From: Methanobacteriota archaeon
Lineage (GTDB): Archaea > Thermoplasmatota > Poseidoniia > Poseidoniales > Poseidoniaceae
Assembly (NCBI GenBank): GCA_002718195.1
Contig: PBDU01000011.1
Coordinates: forward strand, 91,927-155,926
Length of the DNA stretch: 64,000 nucleotides
Direction: 5' to 3'
This document shows, in pieces, positions 39,710-49,129 of the stretch (its first letter is position 1; every line of letters begins with the position of its first letter). The position numbers were made by a program, and so were the translations under genes. The notes under the pieces were generated by a model. It saw only the letters and a list, made by a program, of their open reading frames with translations, ran no database searches and was not told where the DNA came from.

Positions 39710-40993
39710 ATGTTCATGGATGAAAACCTCGTGCATGGAGACAACTACACGGTCAGGGACATGTCCCTCGCTGAATCTGGAGCGTTAAGGGTAGATTGGG
39801 CAAGATCAAGAATGCCGGTACTAGGTGCGTTAAGAGAAGAGGCACTAGTTACAAAACCACTTGCGGGTATGAGAGTTGCAGGTTGCCTACACGTTACCAA
39901 AGAAACAGCGGTTTTGATTGAGACAATCGTCGCTGCTGGAGCTGAAATTTCCTGGTCTGGATGTAACCCATTGAGCACTCAAGATGACGTAGCAGCGTGG
40001 TTAGCAAGGGAAGGATACAGTATCTATGCATGGCATGGACAAAGTGTTGATGACTTCTACTGGTGCATTGATAAAACCCTTGAATTCAAGCCAACACTAA
40101 CTTTGGATGATGGTGCTGACCTCATTGTCAGAGTACATGGTGACAAATCAGAGTATCTTGCTGATGTAATCGGTGGTACTGAAGAAACCACAACCGGTGT
40201 TCACAGACTAAGAGCAATGGGCGATGCTGGAGACTTGAAGTATCCAGTTATGGCTGTAAATGATGCAGTAACAAAGTGGGACTTTGATAATGTATACGGA
40301 ACCGGGCAATCTACAATCGATGGAATTCTAAGAGCAACAAGCGTTTTGATTGCTGGAAAAACATTCGTAGTCGCAGGGTATGGACATTGTAGCCGTGGAC
40401 TTGCAATGAGAGCAGAAGGAATGGGTGCTAACGTGGTCGTTACCGAAGTAGATCCACTTCCTGCTCTTAGAGCTGTTATGGATGGATACAGAGTAATGAA
40501 GATGGATGATGCAGCAAAGATAGGAGACATTTTCTGTACTGCTACTGGTATGAAAGACGTCCTTGTTGACAGGCACTTTGAATCCATGAAAGATGGAGCA
40601 ATTATCTCCAACACTGGACACTACGATTGTGAGATAAATATCGAGCAGTTGAAGTCCTTGTCTACATCAATAAGAACAATTAGAGCAGACAATGATGAAT
40701 ACACTCTAAACAATGGAAACAAGATATATCTTCTTGCAGATGGAAGGCTTGTCAACCTTGCAGCAGCAGAAGGGCATCCTTCAGAAGTTATGGACATGTC
40801 ATTTGCAAATCAATACCTTTCACTTTGCAGGCTTGCTGCAGAGGCTAAAGATATGGATAACAAGGTCTACGATATCACCCAAGAACAAGATCAGGGTCTT
40901 GCACTGAAGAAATTAGCAACCCTAGGAATCAGCATCGATGAATTGACAGAAGAGCAAATCATTTACCACAAGGATTACACCTCCGGAACATGA
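39710..40993 (+). CDS. ahcY: Adenosylhomocysteinase (S-adenosyl-L-homocysteine hydrolase)
   Basis: NYTVRDMSLAESG...MPVL N-terminus, TKETAVLIETI, the NAD site LIAGKTFVVAGYGHCSRGLAMRAEGMGANVVVTEVDP, and a C-terminal YLLADGRLVNLAAAEGHPS. 427 aa. Confidence 0.95.
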   Translation: MFMDENLVHGDNYTVRDMSLAESGALRVDWARSRMPVLGALREEALVTKPLAGMRVAGCLHVTKETAVLIETIVAAGAEISWSGCNPLSTQDDVAAWLAREGYSIYAWHGQSVDDFYWCIDKTLEFKPTLTLDDGADLIVRVHGDKSEYLADVIGGTEETTTGVHRLRAMGDAGDLKYPVMAVNDAVTKWDFDNVYGTGQSTIDGILRATSVLIAGKTFVVAGYGHCSRGLAMRAEGMGANVVVTEVDPLPALRAVMDGYRVMKMDDAAKIGDIFCTATGMKDVLVDRHFESMKDGAIISNTGHYDCEINIEQLKSLSTSIRTIRADNDEYTLNNGNKIYLLADGRLVNLAAAEGHPSEVMDMSFANQYLSLCRLAAEAKDMDNKVYDITQEQDQGLALKKLATLGISIDELTEEQIIYHKDYTSGT

Positions 40994-41062
40994 TTTGGCT
41001 TAGTTGGAAACTCTGTGATTAGGAATAAGAAAAACATGGATTTCAATTTATGAAACCATTCA

Positions 41063-42832
41063 TCACAAGTCGATTTCATAGTTTTTCCAAAATTCTTCAC
41101 TCAGAGTTATCGAACTTCCAACCGCCGTTCTTGAAATACCTGAAGATTTGTTCTTAAGTCGAATTCTCATCTTGTATTTTCCAAAGTCAATTTCAATTGT
41201 ATTACTAACTCCACCAGTTTTCTTTACATCTACTATTTTGGTTGGAATTGAGGTTTTTTTGGCATTCAATCTTCCTTGAAAATCGATAGCATGTAAACCA
41301 CAGTGCCCTCCTCCTCTTGCCTGATAAAATGGATGGGAACCCAATGCTTTTTCATGAAGTGCTCTGATAATTCCGCTTGGGTCGGAATTATGTAGTTCGT
41401 TTACCATATCAATGAATGCATCTCTTATTGGACTAATCACCTTCTTTTCTTTCACACCATCAGGTAAATCGGAAAACTTAGTATATTGTTGTTTTAGGTC
41501 TTCCAATAAATCATGAATTTCTTTCAAATCAGTTGAGAATTTTTTTGTAACATTTATGCCGCCAAATTCCTTCAGCATACCTGGACCAAATCTAAAACTC
41601 CTTGTTTCCGGATGTACAAAACCGTCTGCATACTTACAGGAAATCCCATATTTGCTTTTTTCACCTTTTGTAATTTGTAAGTCCGAAGGATTGTTCCTTG
41701 ATTGTTTTAATCCAGTTATGCCTTCGCTTTGTTTTTCTAATGCGATGACTTTCTTCAAGATTTTAGTTGCCTGCCCGTACAATTTTTTGTAATCATCGTG
41801 ATGTTTGTGATTTTTATGTATATCAGTAAATCTCTTGTTTCGCTCATCAGTTGGATTTATTCTTGTTAATCCTTGGTCAATTGCAGCAAAATAGCAGGCA
41901 GTCTCCCACCTGTCTCCATTAGACACTTGAGCTCCCCCAGCCATCAGTTCTACTTGTATGGGTTCTTTTTCATCGCTCTTTTGGTATGAAAATGCTTGTG
42001 AATAAAGGAGTATTTCTGAGGACTCACCCATGTTTTCATCGCTTACGTTTTTCATTCCATAAGTCCAATCGACTTCATCTACGCCAAAATTAGGGAATGC
42101 ATCGATCACTTTCTGATCGTTATTGTAAGAAATCAAAATTTTCCATCCCTTTTTGTTGAGTGATTCACATAGTTTAGCTAGGCGAACATGATCGAAATCT
42201 TTGTGCATGTCTCCTTTTGTTCCATACAAGCTTGAGGCTTGATTTGAAAGCCAATAAGGTGGGTCCAGATAGATCATTTTGCCTTCGGGAGATTCTTCAA
42301 TCAATGCTTCCAGAACTTCGAAAGCATCAGCATGGGATACCTCGATGTTAGGTGCATGAAATTCTCTTAGACGCTGTATGGAAGATGGAGTAAATCGTTT
42401 GTGACCTGGCGACATTCCGCCACTCATGGTTGATCCCGAAAATGAAGAGCGATTGATTACATAGAAAAATGCAGCCAGTTTATCTTCGTCAACATCGTTA
42501 TTCTGAATACGTTCTTTGATTGCATTGAAACGCTCCTTGGAGATTGGGTGTTCTTTTTCTACTGATTGAGCAACTACCTGGGGTGCTTGCAGGGTCTTCT
42601 GCCAAAAAGTCGCTAAAGGCAAGTAAAGATCGCTTGCTTTAACATTTCGACTGATTGATTTTGAAGCCCAAGCGATTTCGACAGACCCTCCACCAAAAAA
42701 AGGTGAAATCAGAGTTGTTGCTTCTTGCTTTTCAAGGTGTGGAAGAATAATTGGTATCGCTCTAGTTTTCCCACCAGGATACCTAAGGATGCTTTTTTGA
42801 CTCTGAACAGGGCTGAAACGAGTCTGCATCAA
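41063..42832 (-). CDS. N6-adenine DNA methyltransferase (D12/Dam class) fused to an uncharacterised ~300-aa C-terminal domain
   Basis: N-terminal SAM motif ILRYPGGKTRAIPII...FFGGGSVE and catalytic IYLDPPYW (DPPY). The C-terminal half, from about residue 290, has no recognisable motif. Confidence 0.7.
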   Translation of the reverse strand: MMQTRFSPVQSQKSILRYPGGKTRAIPIILPHLEKQEATTLISPFFGGGSVEIAWASKSISRNVKASDLYLPLATFWQKTLQAPQVVAQSVEKEHPISKERFNAIKERIQNNDVDEDKLAAFFYVINRSSFSGSTMSGGMSPGHKRFTPSSIQRLREFHAPNIEVSHADAFEVLEALIEESPEGKMIYLDPPYWLSNQASSLYGTKGDMHKDFDHVRLAKLCESLNKKGWKILISYNNDQKVIDAFPNFGVDEVDWTYGMKNVSDENMGESSEILLYSQAFSYQKSDEKEPIQVELMAGGAQVSNGDRWETACYFAAIDQGLTRINPTDERNKRFTDIHKNHKHHDDYKKLYGQATKILKKVIALEKQSEGITGLKQSRNNPSDLQITKGEKSKYGISCKYADGFVHPETRSFRFGPGMLKEFGGINVTKKFSTDLKEIHDLLEDLKQQYTKFSDLPDGVKEKKVISPIRDAFIDMVNELHNSDPSGIIRALHEKALGSHPFYQARGGGHCGLHAIDFQGRLNAKKTSIPTKIVDVKKTGGVSNTIEIDFGKYKMRIRLKNKSSGISRTAVGSSITLSEEFWKNYEIDL

Positions 42833-43032
42833 AAAGAAACCAAGGTCGACGATATATCAACTTAATTCTCTAAATATAAATTCCGTGAAATCTTATTGTA
42901 CTCCCTTAGTCAATAGGAAATCTTTGATTGGACAGATTAATTGGTTACTGAATCCCGTCACCAATGAGTTGCGAAACATCACTCAAACACCAATATCGGA
43001 ATCAATAATAAGGGACTTGCTTACGAAATCGC

Positions 43033-43812
43033 ATGCCGGTTGAACAAAAATCGAAATCTTCTAAGAAACCGGGATTGTTGACTCGTGCTAAAAATCGTTT
43101 TTTGTTGTTCACTGAAAAGAAAAATTCTGCAATGTCGGTAACTCACAAAGATGCAATGAAGTGGTTTGAGATACGAAAATCCGGCTACGAGGATTTAATT
43201 TCAGCAATTGAACCATATGTCGATCAAGATTCTGTTATTTTTGATGTAGGGGCTAATGTTGGTTTCTTTTCTCATATGCTAGCGGAGAAAATCGGGCTAA
43301 AGGGATCATTATACCTTTACGAGCCTCTACCACACTTGGCAAAACTATGCAAGGAAACTTTCGATGATACTTCTTATGAGGCAAATGTATTCGATTACGG
43401 TCTTAGTGACAGCGATTCAGAGGTCGACTTGTTCGTAGCCAGCAACGGTAACCTTGGTTGGAATACAATCATCCAATCAAAGGCATCAGAAGACATGGTA
43501 AAGGTTCAAATTAAACTCAAAAAATTCGAGAATTGTAAGCCCGATGTCATACCGACATTCATCAAAATTGATGTCGAAGGTTCAGAATACATGGTTTTGC
43601 GCGGGATGCTTGACTCATTAAAAGAGTGGACTAAACTTCCTGTTATCCTTTGTGAGGTTGGATGGGGAACTTCTCACCCGAATTGGGAGGAGGAACTCAA
43701 AGTGTTCAATGAATTAAAGAAAATTGGATATTCTTTCTGCAATTTAGAAGGGACAGAGATTGATGAAAGTTCAATTTCAGGTACAACTGATATCCTTCTA
43801 ATCCCAAATTAA
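43033..43812 (+). CDS. FkbM-family SAM-dependent methyltransferase
   Basis: VIFDVGANVGFFS and IKIDVEGSEYMVLRGM match the FkbM family signature. 259 aa. Confidence 0.75.
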   Translation: MPVEQKSKSSKKPGLLTRAKNRFLLFTEKKNSAMSVTHKDAMKWFEIRKSGYEDLISAIEPYVDQDSVIFDVGANVGFFSHMLAEKIGLKGSLYLYEPLPHLAKLCKETFDDTSYEANVFDYGLSDSDSEVDLFVASNGNLGWNTIIQSKASEDMVKVQIKLKKFENCKPDVIPTFIKIDVEGSEYMVLRGMLDSLKEWTKLPVILCEVGWGTSHPNWEEELKVFNELKKIGYSFCNLEGTEIDESSISGTTDILLIPN

Positions 43813-43845
43813 ACTGTCCACGCAGAGGGTAGCCTATGAAACAAG

Positions 43846-44235
43846 TTAATCATAATCTGATCCGTCCCAGCTTGAGCGACTAATTTCAGAGCCCCCTTCT
43901 CCAAAGCTAACCTTTCCAATCGAAACTAAATATTGGATAAATAAGCACACAGTGCCGGCAACCAAATACAGCCTAAAAAAACCCCGCCCCGCCTCAGTGG
44001 AGATACCTCCTACATCAGTAGGCATTACCAAACTCATAACATAAAACAACAAAGCTAAAACAAGAAATGTTTTATTTTTCTTATCGTTTTCTTGTTTTAT
44101 TTTATCCCGTTCAGTAATTGCCCTTTCAGTAGCTAAAATAATTTCATTTTCTCTGTCTAATTCTGATCCATTTGTTGATACTTTTTGTTCCAAATGATGA
44201 GATTCATCATCTTCTACTTCCCACCAGGTTTCCAT
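43846..44235 (-). CDS. Small hypothetical membrane protein, 129 aa
   Basis: Acidic N-terminus and two predicted TM helices (FLVLALLFYVMSLVM, LVAGTVCLFIQYLVSI). Short gap to the upstream TPR gene. Confidence 0.45.
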   Translation of the reverse strand: METWWEVEDDESHHLEQKVSTNGSELDRENEIILATERAITERDKIKQENDKKNKTFLVLALLFYVMSLVMPTDVGGISTEAGRGFFRLYLVAGTVCLFIQYLVSIGKVSFGEGGSEISRSSWDGSDYD

Positions 44236-44393
44236 ACTAGTTATATTACTCCAATATTTTTTATAAATCTAGGTACGAATTAAGGGTTTTATGAATGAAT
44301 AAAAGCGTCTTTGCACAAACCCAATGACTCGTTTGGGTCAAATCAAAGGGCTTGCAGTGGGTCTTTTCAGATGTCAAACTAGGATTGAATAAA

Positions 44394-45434
44394 TCATTCT
44401 TCTTCATATCCCTCTAACTCAGGATTCTCTTCAACATCCCAGAAAGTGCCATCTTCGGATTTGTGGGAGTCAAAATCTGGAAGATTTGGTTTCCAATTAG
44501 CAGGTAACTTCCTGTTGATTTCTACAATTTTCACTGCTCTTTCCTGATATGCTCTTGGTGTCTTTCCAAGGAGAATGATGTATAATTTTGAGATTCTGAT
44601 ATCCTCTGGAATTACCTTCTTTCCAGTTGAAGCTTCCACATCCATTGCTCTTAGTAAGTTAAATGATGGTTTGTTGAGTTGTTGATACCATCTATTCGAG
44701 AGTCTAGTACCCGTAACAACGGTGGCTGCAATCACTAAACTCACTATGCACAATCCACCTATGCCAGATCCAGTAATGTCTCCTGAAAGCAGAATGATGA
44801 ACAATAGCAATGGTGCCACTGTCAAAAGGAAAACAGTATTCTGAGATATTGGACCTTTATTCATTCTAACTCTAATTACATCCCAGCCATCATGCCCTTT
44901 CTGCCATGGCTTGAAATGTTCATTTGGGTTCTGGGCAAGGGCTTTTCTTGTCATTCTTACAAGTTGCATAATCCTAGCATTTTGGCTAGCACCAACGCTC
45001 AAATTTTCATCAAAAATTGAATCCAATCTCTCTCCTGCTTCTTTGTATAGTCCCATTTCACTAAGTAATGATGCCTGCTCAACTATCGGTGTTGCTTCGT
45101 CAGGACCATATTTCCTACATTCCTGCCACCAGTCAATCGCTTGTTCCCACATACCAAGGATTCTCATCAAATGGGCTCCTCTTGCCCACATCTCGGTTCG
45201 TTCTGGTGATAATTTCACAATTTTTCTGACTATTGCAAGATTTTTCGAGGTATTTGCTAGATTAGTTGATTCTCTAGGTCCAGGCATTAGAGCATCTGAC
45301 AGGACCCCCATTGCATCTAGATGCTCTGGGTCCAACGCAAGGGCTTTGTTTGCTAACTCAATTGCTTTCTCGTTTTCAAGAGCCTCAAGTGCCTCGAGAG
45401 CATCGAGGTATAGGTCATTAGCATCCATGCTCAT
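44394..45434 (-). CDS. TPR-repeat protein with C-terminal transmembrane segments
   Basis: TPR-like helices (ALALDPEHLDAMGVLSDAL, IDWWQECRKYGPDEATPIVEQASLLSEMG...). Two TM helices near residue 200-240 (VFLLTVAPLLLFIILLS, LCIVSLVIAATVV). The start ATG overlaps the stop of the upstream gene. Confidence 0.6.
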   Translation of the reverse strand: MSMDANDLYLDALEALEALENEKAIELANKALALDPEHLDAMGVLSDALMPGPRESTNLANTSKNLAIVRKIVKLSPERTEMWARGAHLMRILGMWEQAIDWWQECRKYGPDEATPIVEQASLLSEMGLYKEAGERLDSIFDENLSVGASQNARIMQLVRMTRKALAQNPNEHFKPWQKGHDGWDVIRVRMNKGPISQNTVFLLTVAPLLLFIILLSGDITGSGIGGLCIVSLVIAATVVTGTRLSNRWYQQLNKPSFNLLRAMDVEASTGKKVIPEDIRISKLYIILLGKTPRAYQERAVKIVEINRKLPANWKPNLPDFDSHKSEDGTFWDVEENPELEGYEEE

Positions 45435-46294
45435 TCCCTCTTTTCGTACTTCTTAGGTTTGATTTCTTTAGGACCAAGATTGTGTGCATGACCACCTTTC
45501 TTGCCCTTAGCCTTCCTGAATGTTTTAGCGGGCTTTTTCTCGAATGTTGGCTTATTCTTCTGCCATGGTGATTTTGCAGTTTGCCCACCTCTGTCAGAAT
45601 CTCTATCCCTGCTTTGTCTAGCGCCACCGGATTTTCCACGATAATCGCCTCCTCTGCGCTCTTGTCCATATCTACCACGGCTTTGACTGCCTCCTCTTCT
45701 ATCAGAGCCTCTAGAGCCTCTTGAACCGTATCGGTCTCCACCTCTATTGTCGCTTGATCTGCGATTTCTTGATCTGTCTGAACCACCTCTTCTATCATCA
45801 GAGCCTCTGCTTCTGTAACGATCTGAGGCTCCGCTTCGACTGCCTCTATTGCTGTCTCCTCGGTAATCTCTTCCGCCACGGTCGTTTCTGTTGCTTCGGT
45901 AATCTCTGCCTCCACGGTCATTTCTGTTGCTTCGGTAATCTCTGCCGCCACGGTCATTTCTTCCTCTATTGCCATAACTGCTTCCACGATCACCTGAGCG
46001 CCTATCTCTATCGTAGCCTCGACTGTCTCTGCCACCTCTTCTCTGGTCAGGTTCACGTCTTCTGATTATGATTTTTTGACCGATCATTGCATTAATGTCT
46101 GCTTTGAAATCTAGGTGAGCAATGTGAATTAAAGGGTCATCAGCATTGCAAAGAACTGAATCTACTTTTCCTACATAATCTTCTGAGTTTTGAAGAATCA
46201 TGATTGAGCCGAGGGCTGGACTTGAGCCAGAAAAAGAAGCTAGCAAACCATTTTCATGGCTTTTTCTTTCGATAACTCCTTCAAACATGCCCAT
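45431..46294 (-). CDS. Gar1-like (H/ACA RNP) beta-barrel protein with a long C-terminal RGG / glycine-arginine-rich (GAR) repeat tail
   Basis: The N-terminal ~80 aa fit the Gar1 pattern (G.VIE....NGLLAS.....PALGS.M......VGKVDSV....DDPLIHI......A..MIGQKIII). The remainder is DRGGRDYRSNRN repeats and R/G/S/D low complexity. ATGA coupling to the TPR gene. Confidence 0.5.
   Translation of the reverse strand: MGMFEGVIERKSHENGLLASFSGSSPALGSIMILQNSEDYVGKVDSVLCNADDPLIHIAHLDFKADINAMIGQKIIIRRREPDQRRGGRDSRGYDRDRRSGDRGSSYGNRGRNDRGGRDYRSNRNDRGGRDYRSNRNDRGGRDYRGDSNRGSRSGASDRYRSRGSDDRRGGSDRSRNRRSSDNRGGDRYGSRGSRGSDRRGGSQSRGRYGQERRGGDYRGKSGGARQSRDRDSDRGGQTAKSPWQKNKPTFEKKPAKTFRKAKGKKGGHAHNLGPKEIKPKKYEKRE
45861..45968. 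repeat. Three tandem 36-bp direct repeats inside the Gar1-like gene
   Basis: Unit cggtaatctct(t/g)cc(g/t)ccacggtc(g/a)tttctgttgctt, repeated in tandem. It encodes the RSNRNDRGGRDY repeats on the minus strand. Confidence 0.8.
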
Positions 46295-46337
46295 TCCTCA
46301 ACGAAGCCTAATGCCGATTAAATTTGATAGTGTCGGT

Positions 46338-48260
46338 CTAGTTTTGATGTCTGCGTGCAATAAACAGACCTGCTAGAAGCACACTTAGCATTGTTGAGAT
46401 TACGCCTACGTTTGGTATTCCTTTTTGTGGCTCCTCAACGCTGATGTCTTGAGGCTCTTCGGTTTGTTCTTCACTGCCATCGCTTACAAGCACTGTTTTT
46501 GAACCAAGTAACCCACTATCATCCTCTGCCTTGATGACCACCTCATAATCTTCGATTCCTTGTTGAACGCAGGTGATTGTGGATACTTCTGTTTCCCAAG
46601 AATTCCCTTGAATTTGGAAGTTAGAGGAAGTCCCACCACATAGGCTCCATGTCATGGTTACTTGTTGCCCCTCAGGATCAATTACTGTTCCTGACATAGT
46701 AAAAGCAGTCTTCTGGGCATTCCAAGTTCCATATTCACCGTTTAAGTTGGTCCTAATTTCAACGGTAGGAGGGGAATTAGGTAACTCAAGCAGGAAATCA
46801 AATTCGTAATCCCATGGAATGATGTTATCACCAGTTACTCTTGTGAATATATTGAAATCTCCAGGTGAAAGTCCATCGGTGGTAACACTCACTGCAATGT
46901 CTGAATTAACTACCACAGTCAGAATCTCTCCAGCAACATCACCTTGCTTGGATTTAACCGCTAGAGTGTAATCACTTGCTAATCCCTTGTCGGTTAGTTG
47001 GAAATCGACCATTTTAGTTTCAGAATTGAACTCCCCTGTTGCTGTGAAAGGAATTCCAATAGTCCAATTCCTAGTCTCATCAGTAGTCAATCCGTATTGG
47101 TCGATTAGGCCACATTCCATCTGAGCAGTTTCTGTACTTCCCTTGGTAATGATGACATCAAAGTCTTGGTTTTGGGTTAACTCCCATCCAGTTTGATCAA
47201 ACGAACAATTTAGACTCCATCCCTGGTCATCGAATCCCCAGTTTTGAACGGTACCTCCGTCCAATAGTTCAAACTCAGTACCTTCAAGTCCAGAATACAT
47301 GAAAATATTACCAGATGAAGGCGATGAGGAAGACCACTGTGGGCCTGAGTTAAATTGTGGCTCTTCGGTGGTAAAATCAAGATAGATGAATCTCTCCATA
47401 GGTAAGTCTTGAAGATTGTAGACGACATCCATCAAGATTTCTAATGATCCATCACCAAGATATTGAGTGGTAGGTTGATTTATTGCAACGGATTGCAATC
47501 CGTTATCTAGTACCTCAAAATTTGCCAATCTCAAACCGTTTGTAGGTGGGAAAACAATTCTGACATCTGCATCAACCATCGCTGTACTATTGATTGTCAT
47601 TGTAAAATTTGACGCACCACTATTTGGTAATTTAGTAAACTCGACGTTTTTCTCCTGCCCGTCTTCAAGGGTTAAATCAATCTCCAAATTATCTGTAGCA
47701 GATACTGGGACTTCTTTGCAACTAGCAGACGCTCCTATGTTTGTGCACTGTTTTTTCTCTGGATGATCCTCTGGTATGAGATTCTGCTCATCCAATGCAA
47801 TCCCATCTTCAAAGAAACTTAGGTTGTTTAAATCCTCAGAACTTCTATCTAAGTTTCCTTCTGTAATTGCTAGCCTTGTTTCCATATCTGCTACGCACAT
47901 TGGACCAACCGCTCTGACCGCATCTCTTTCGTCAGTAGAAATCCATGAGTTATTTCCACCATGGAATCCATCGAATAATCCGTCCAAATCCTTTCTTACG
48001 CTTGCAGCGTTGGATACGTTAGCAAAAGCAGTAGCTTCATATTGACCACTAGCCCAGTCATCGTTGATTTCTATGTTGAAGTTAGCAAAATCATAGGTAA
48101 ACAAGTCTTCGAACTTGTATCCAGTACAGTCTACACTGTCGATTTGTCTTCCTTCTGCTTTTGACTGAGCGGCCTCAGGTTCTAAATTTTCAAACTTTGC
48201 GCTAAAAGCCAAAATTAGCATTATGGTTACCATAAACAGGGCCGAGATAGTCCTCTTCAT
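46338..48260 (-). CDS. Secreted / cell-surface protein with an N-terminal signal peptide and C-terminal TM anchor
   Basis: Signal-like ALFMVTIMLILAFSA. 600 aa, beta-rich and T/S/N/D-rich extracellular region. C-terminal TM VISTMLSVLLAGLFIARRHQN. Downstream of, and co-directional with, the ABC ATPase-permease pair. Confidence 0.6.
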   Translation of the reverse strand: MKRTISALFMVTIMLILAFSAKFENLEPEAAQSKAEGRQIDSVDCTGYKFEDLFTYDFANFNIEINDDWASGQYEATAFANVSNAASVRKDLDGLFDGFHGGNNSWISTDERDAVRAVGPMCVADMETRLAITEGNLDRSSEDLNNLSFFEDGIALDEQNLIPEDHPEKKQCTNIGASASCKEVPVSATDNLEIDLTLEDGQEKNVEFTKLPNSGASNFTMTINSTAMVDADVRIVFPPTNGLRLANFEVLDNGLQSVAINQPTTQYLGDGSLEILMDVVYNLQDLPMERFIYLDFTTEEPQFNSGPQWSSSSPSSGNIFMYSGLEGTEFELLDGGTVQNWGFDDQGWSLNCSFDQTGWELTQNQDFDVIITKGSTETAQMECGLIDQYGLTTDETRNWTIGIPFTATGEFNSETKMVDFQLTDKGLASDYTLAVKSKQGDVAGEILTVVVNSDIAVSVTTDGLSPGDFNIFTRVTGDNIIPWDYEFDFLLELPNSPPTVEIRTNLNGEYGTWNAQKTAFTMSGTVIDPEGQQVTMTWSLCGGTSSNFQIQGNSWETEVSTITCVQQGIEDYEVVIKAEDDSGLLGSKTVLVSDGSEEQTEEPQDISVEEPQKGIPNVGVISTMLSVLLAGLFIARRHQN

Positions 48261-48310
48261 GACTAACGCTATGACCTCTTAGACTTCAAACCCTTGCCTT
48301 GTTAAAGTCC

Positions 48311-49129
48311 TCAAGGGTTCAATCTTTCAAATCTATTAAAGAAAATGAACGCTGGTAAAAGTGTCCAAATAATCGATGCCAAAAATGGTAAAATTGGATT
48401 AATTCCTCTATCTATCTGAGGCATTCTTGCCTCTAAGAGATGATGGTAGACTCCGTTTGGAGAAAATAGGTCCATAATTGCTTCAAATCTAATCCATGCC
48501 TCACTTGCACCGACTTCGATACCAGATAAGCCTGCAATAACAGACGTGACCAGTAGCCACAGCATTGTGAATGTAAACCACATTCCGATACCGATAGATA
48601 TGGAAGAAGATTGATCTTTTGCGAATGAGGATGCAAGTAAAGAGAATTGAACATACCATAAAACGACTAACTCTGTAGCTATAAAATGCGAAATAAGGTC
48701 CATCATTGCAGGAGATTCGTCCATTCTAGTTGCTAAAATTACGTAAGAAATTATGTTCAAGATTGCCACAGGTATGCCTATACTAAGCCAGTACCCGAGC
48801 AACATAGCAATCGCTTGAATTCTACGAGGACATGGTTGAGAAAGTTTGACTTCCAAAACTCCACTTGCCCTATCTCTGCTTACGCCATCATAAGAGATAA
48901 TCACGCCTGCTAGAGTAGCTGAGAGCAGAACGAATAGGGATGAAACAAACAATATGTCCATCGGAGTTTCTAGGGGAATATCAGCTGGCAGAACAGTATT
49001 AGCATCTGTAAGACCCCAGACTGATCCGACGATGCACAGTGCAAGGACTGGAATTGTGAGGTACATCCTCACCGAGAACATCTGTTCATTTATTTTGGCA
49101 AAAACCAAATTTTTCAGAGGAGAGCTCAT
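48311..49129 (-). CDS. ABC-2 type transporter permease
   Basis: 6 predicted TM helices. Sits directly downstream of the ABC ATPase with a 4-nt overlap. Confidence 0.65.
   Translation of the reverse strand: MSSPLKNLVFAKINEQMFSVRMYLTIPVLALCIVGSVWGLTDANTVLPADIPLETPMDILFVSSLFVLLSATLAGVIISYDGVSRDRASGVLEVKLSQPCPRRIQAIAMLLGYWLSIGIPVAILNIISYVILATRMDESPAMMDLISHFIATELVVLWYVQFSLLASSFAKDQSSSISIGIGMWFTFTMLWLLVTSVIAGLSGIEVGASEAWIRFEAIMDLFSPNGVYHHLLEARMPQIDRGINPILPFLASIIWTLLPAFIFFNRFERLNP

Noticed and set aside
41063-41960. A PD-(D/E)xK restriction-endonuclease motif in the C-terminal half of the Dam-like methyltransferase (PDGVKEKK)
   Set aside because: The spacing is too short and there is no surrounding conserved secondary-structure context. 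The match cannot be distinguished from chance without a structure-based search.
44236-44393. Inverted repeat acaaacccaatgactcgtttgggtcaa downstream of the TPR gene, as a possible regulatory RNA
   Set aside because: It is a short 6-7-bp stem in an AT-rich 3' gap and is most simply a transcript 3'-end hairpin. It is too small to call an ncRNA.
45418-46065. ORFs 45418-46056 (minus strand, other frame) and 45721-46065 (plus strand) overlapping the Gar1-like gene
   Set aside because: They are generated by the 36-bp tandem repeats and GA-rich composition. The frame encoding the Gar1-like barrel plus RGG repeats is the only one with a recognisable N-terminal domain and with ATGA coupling to the next gene.
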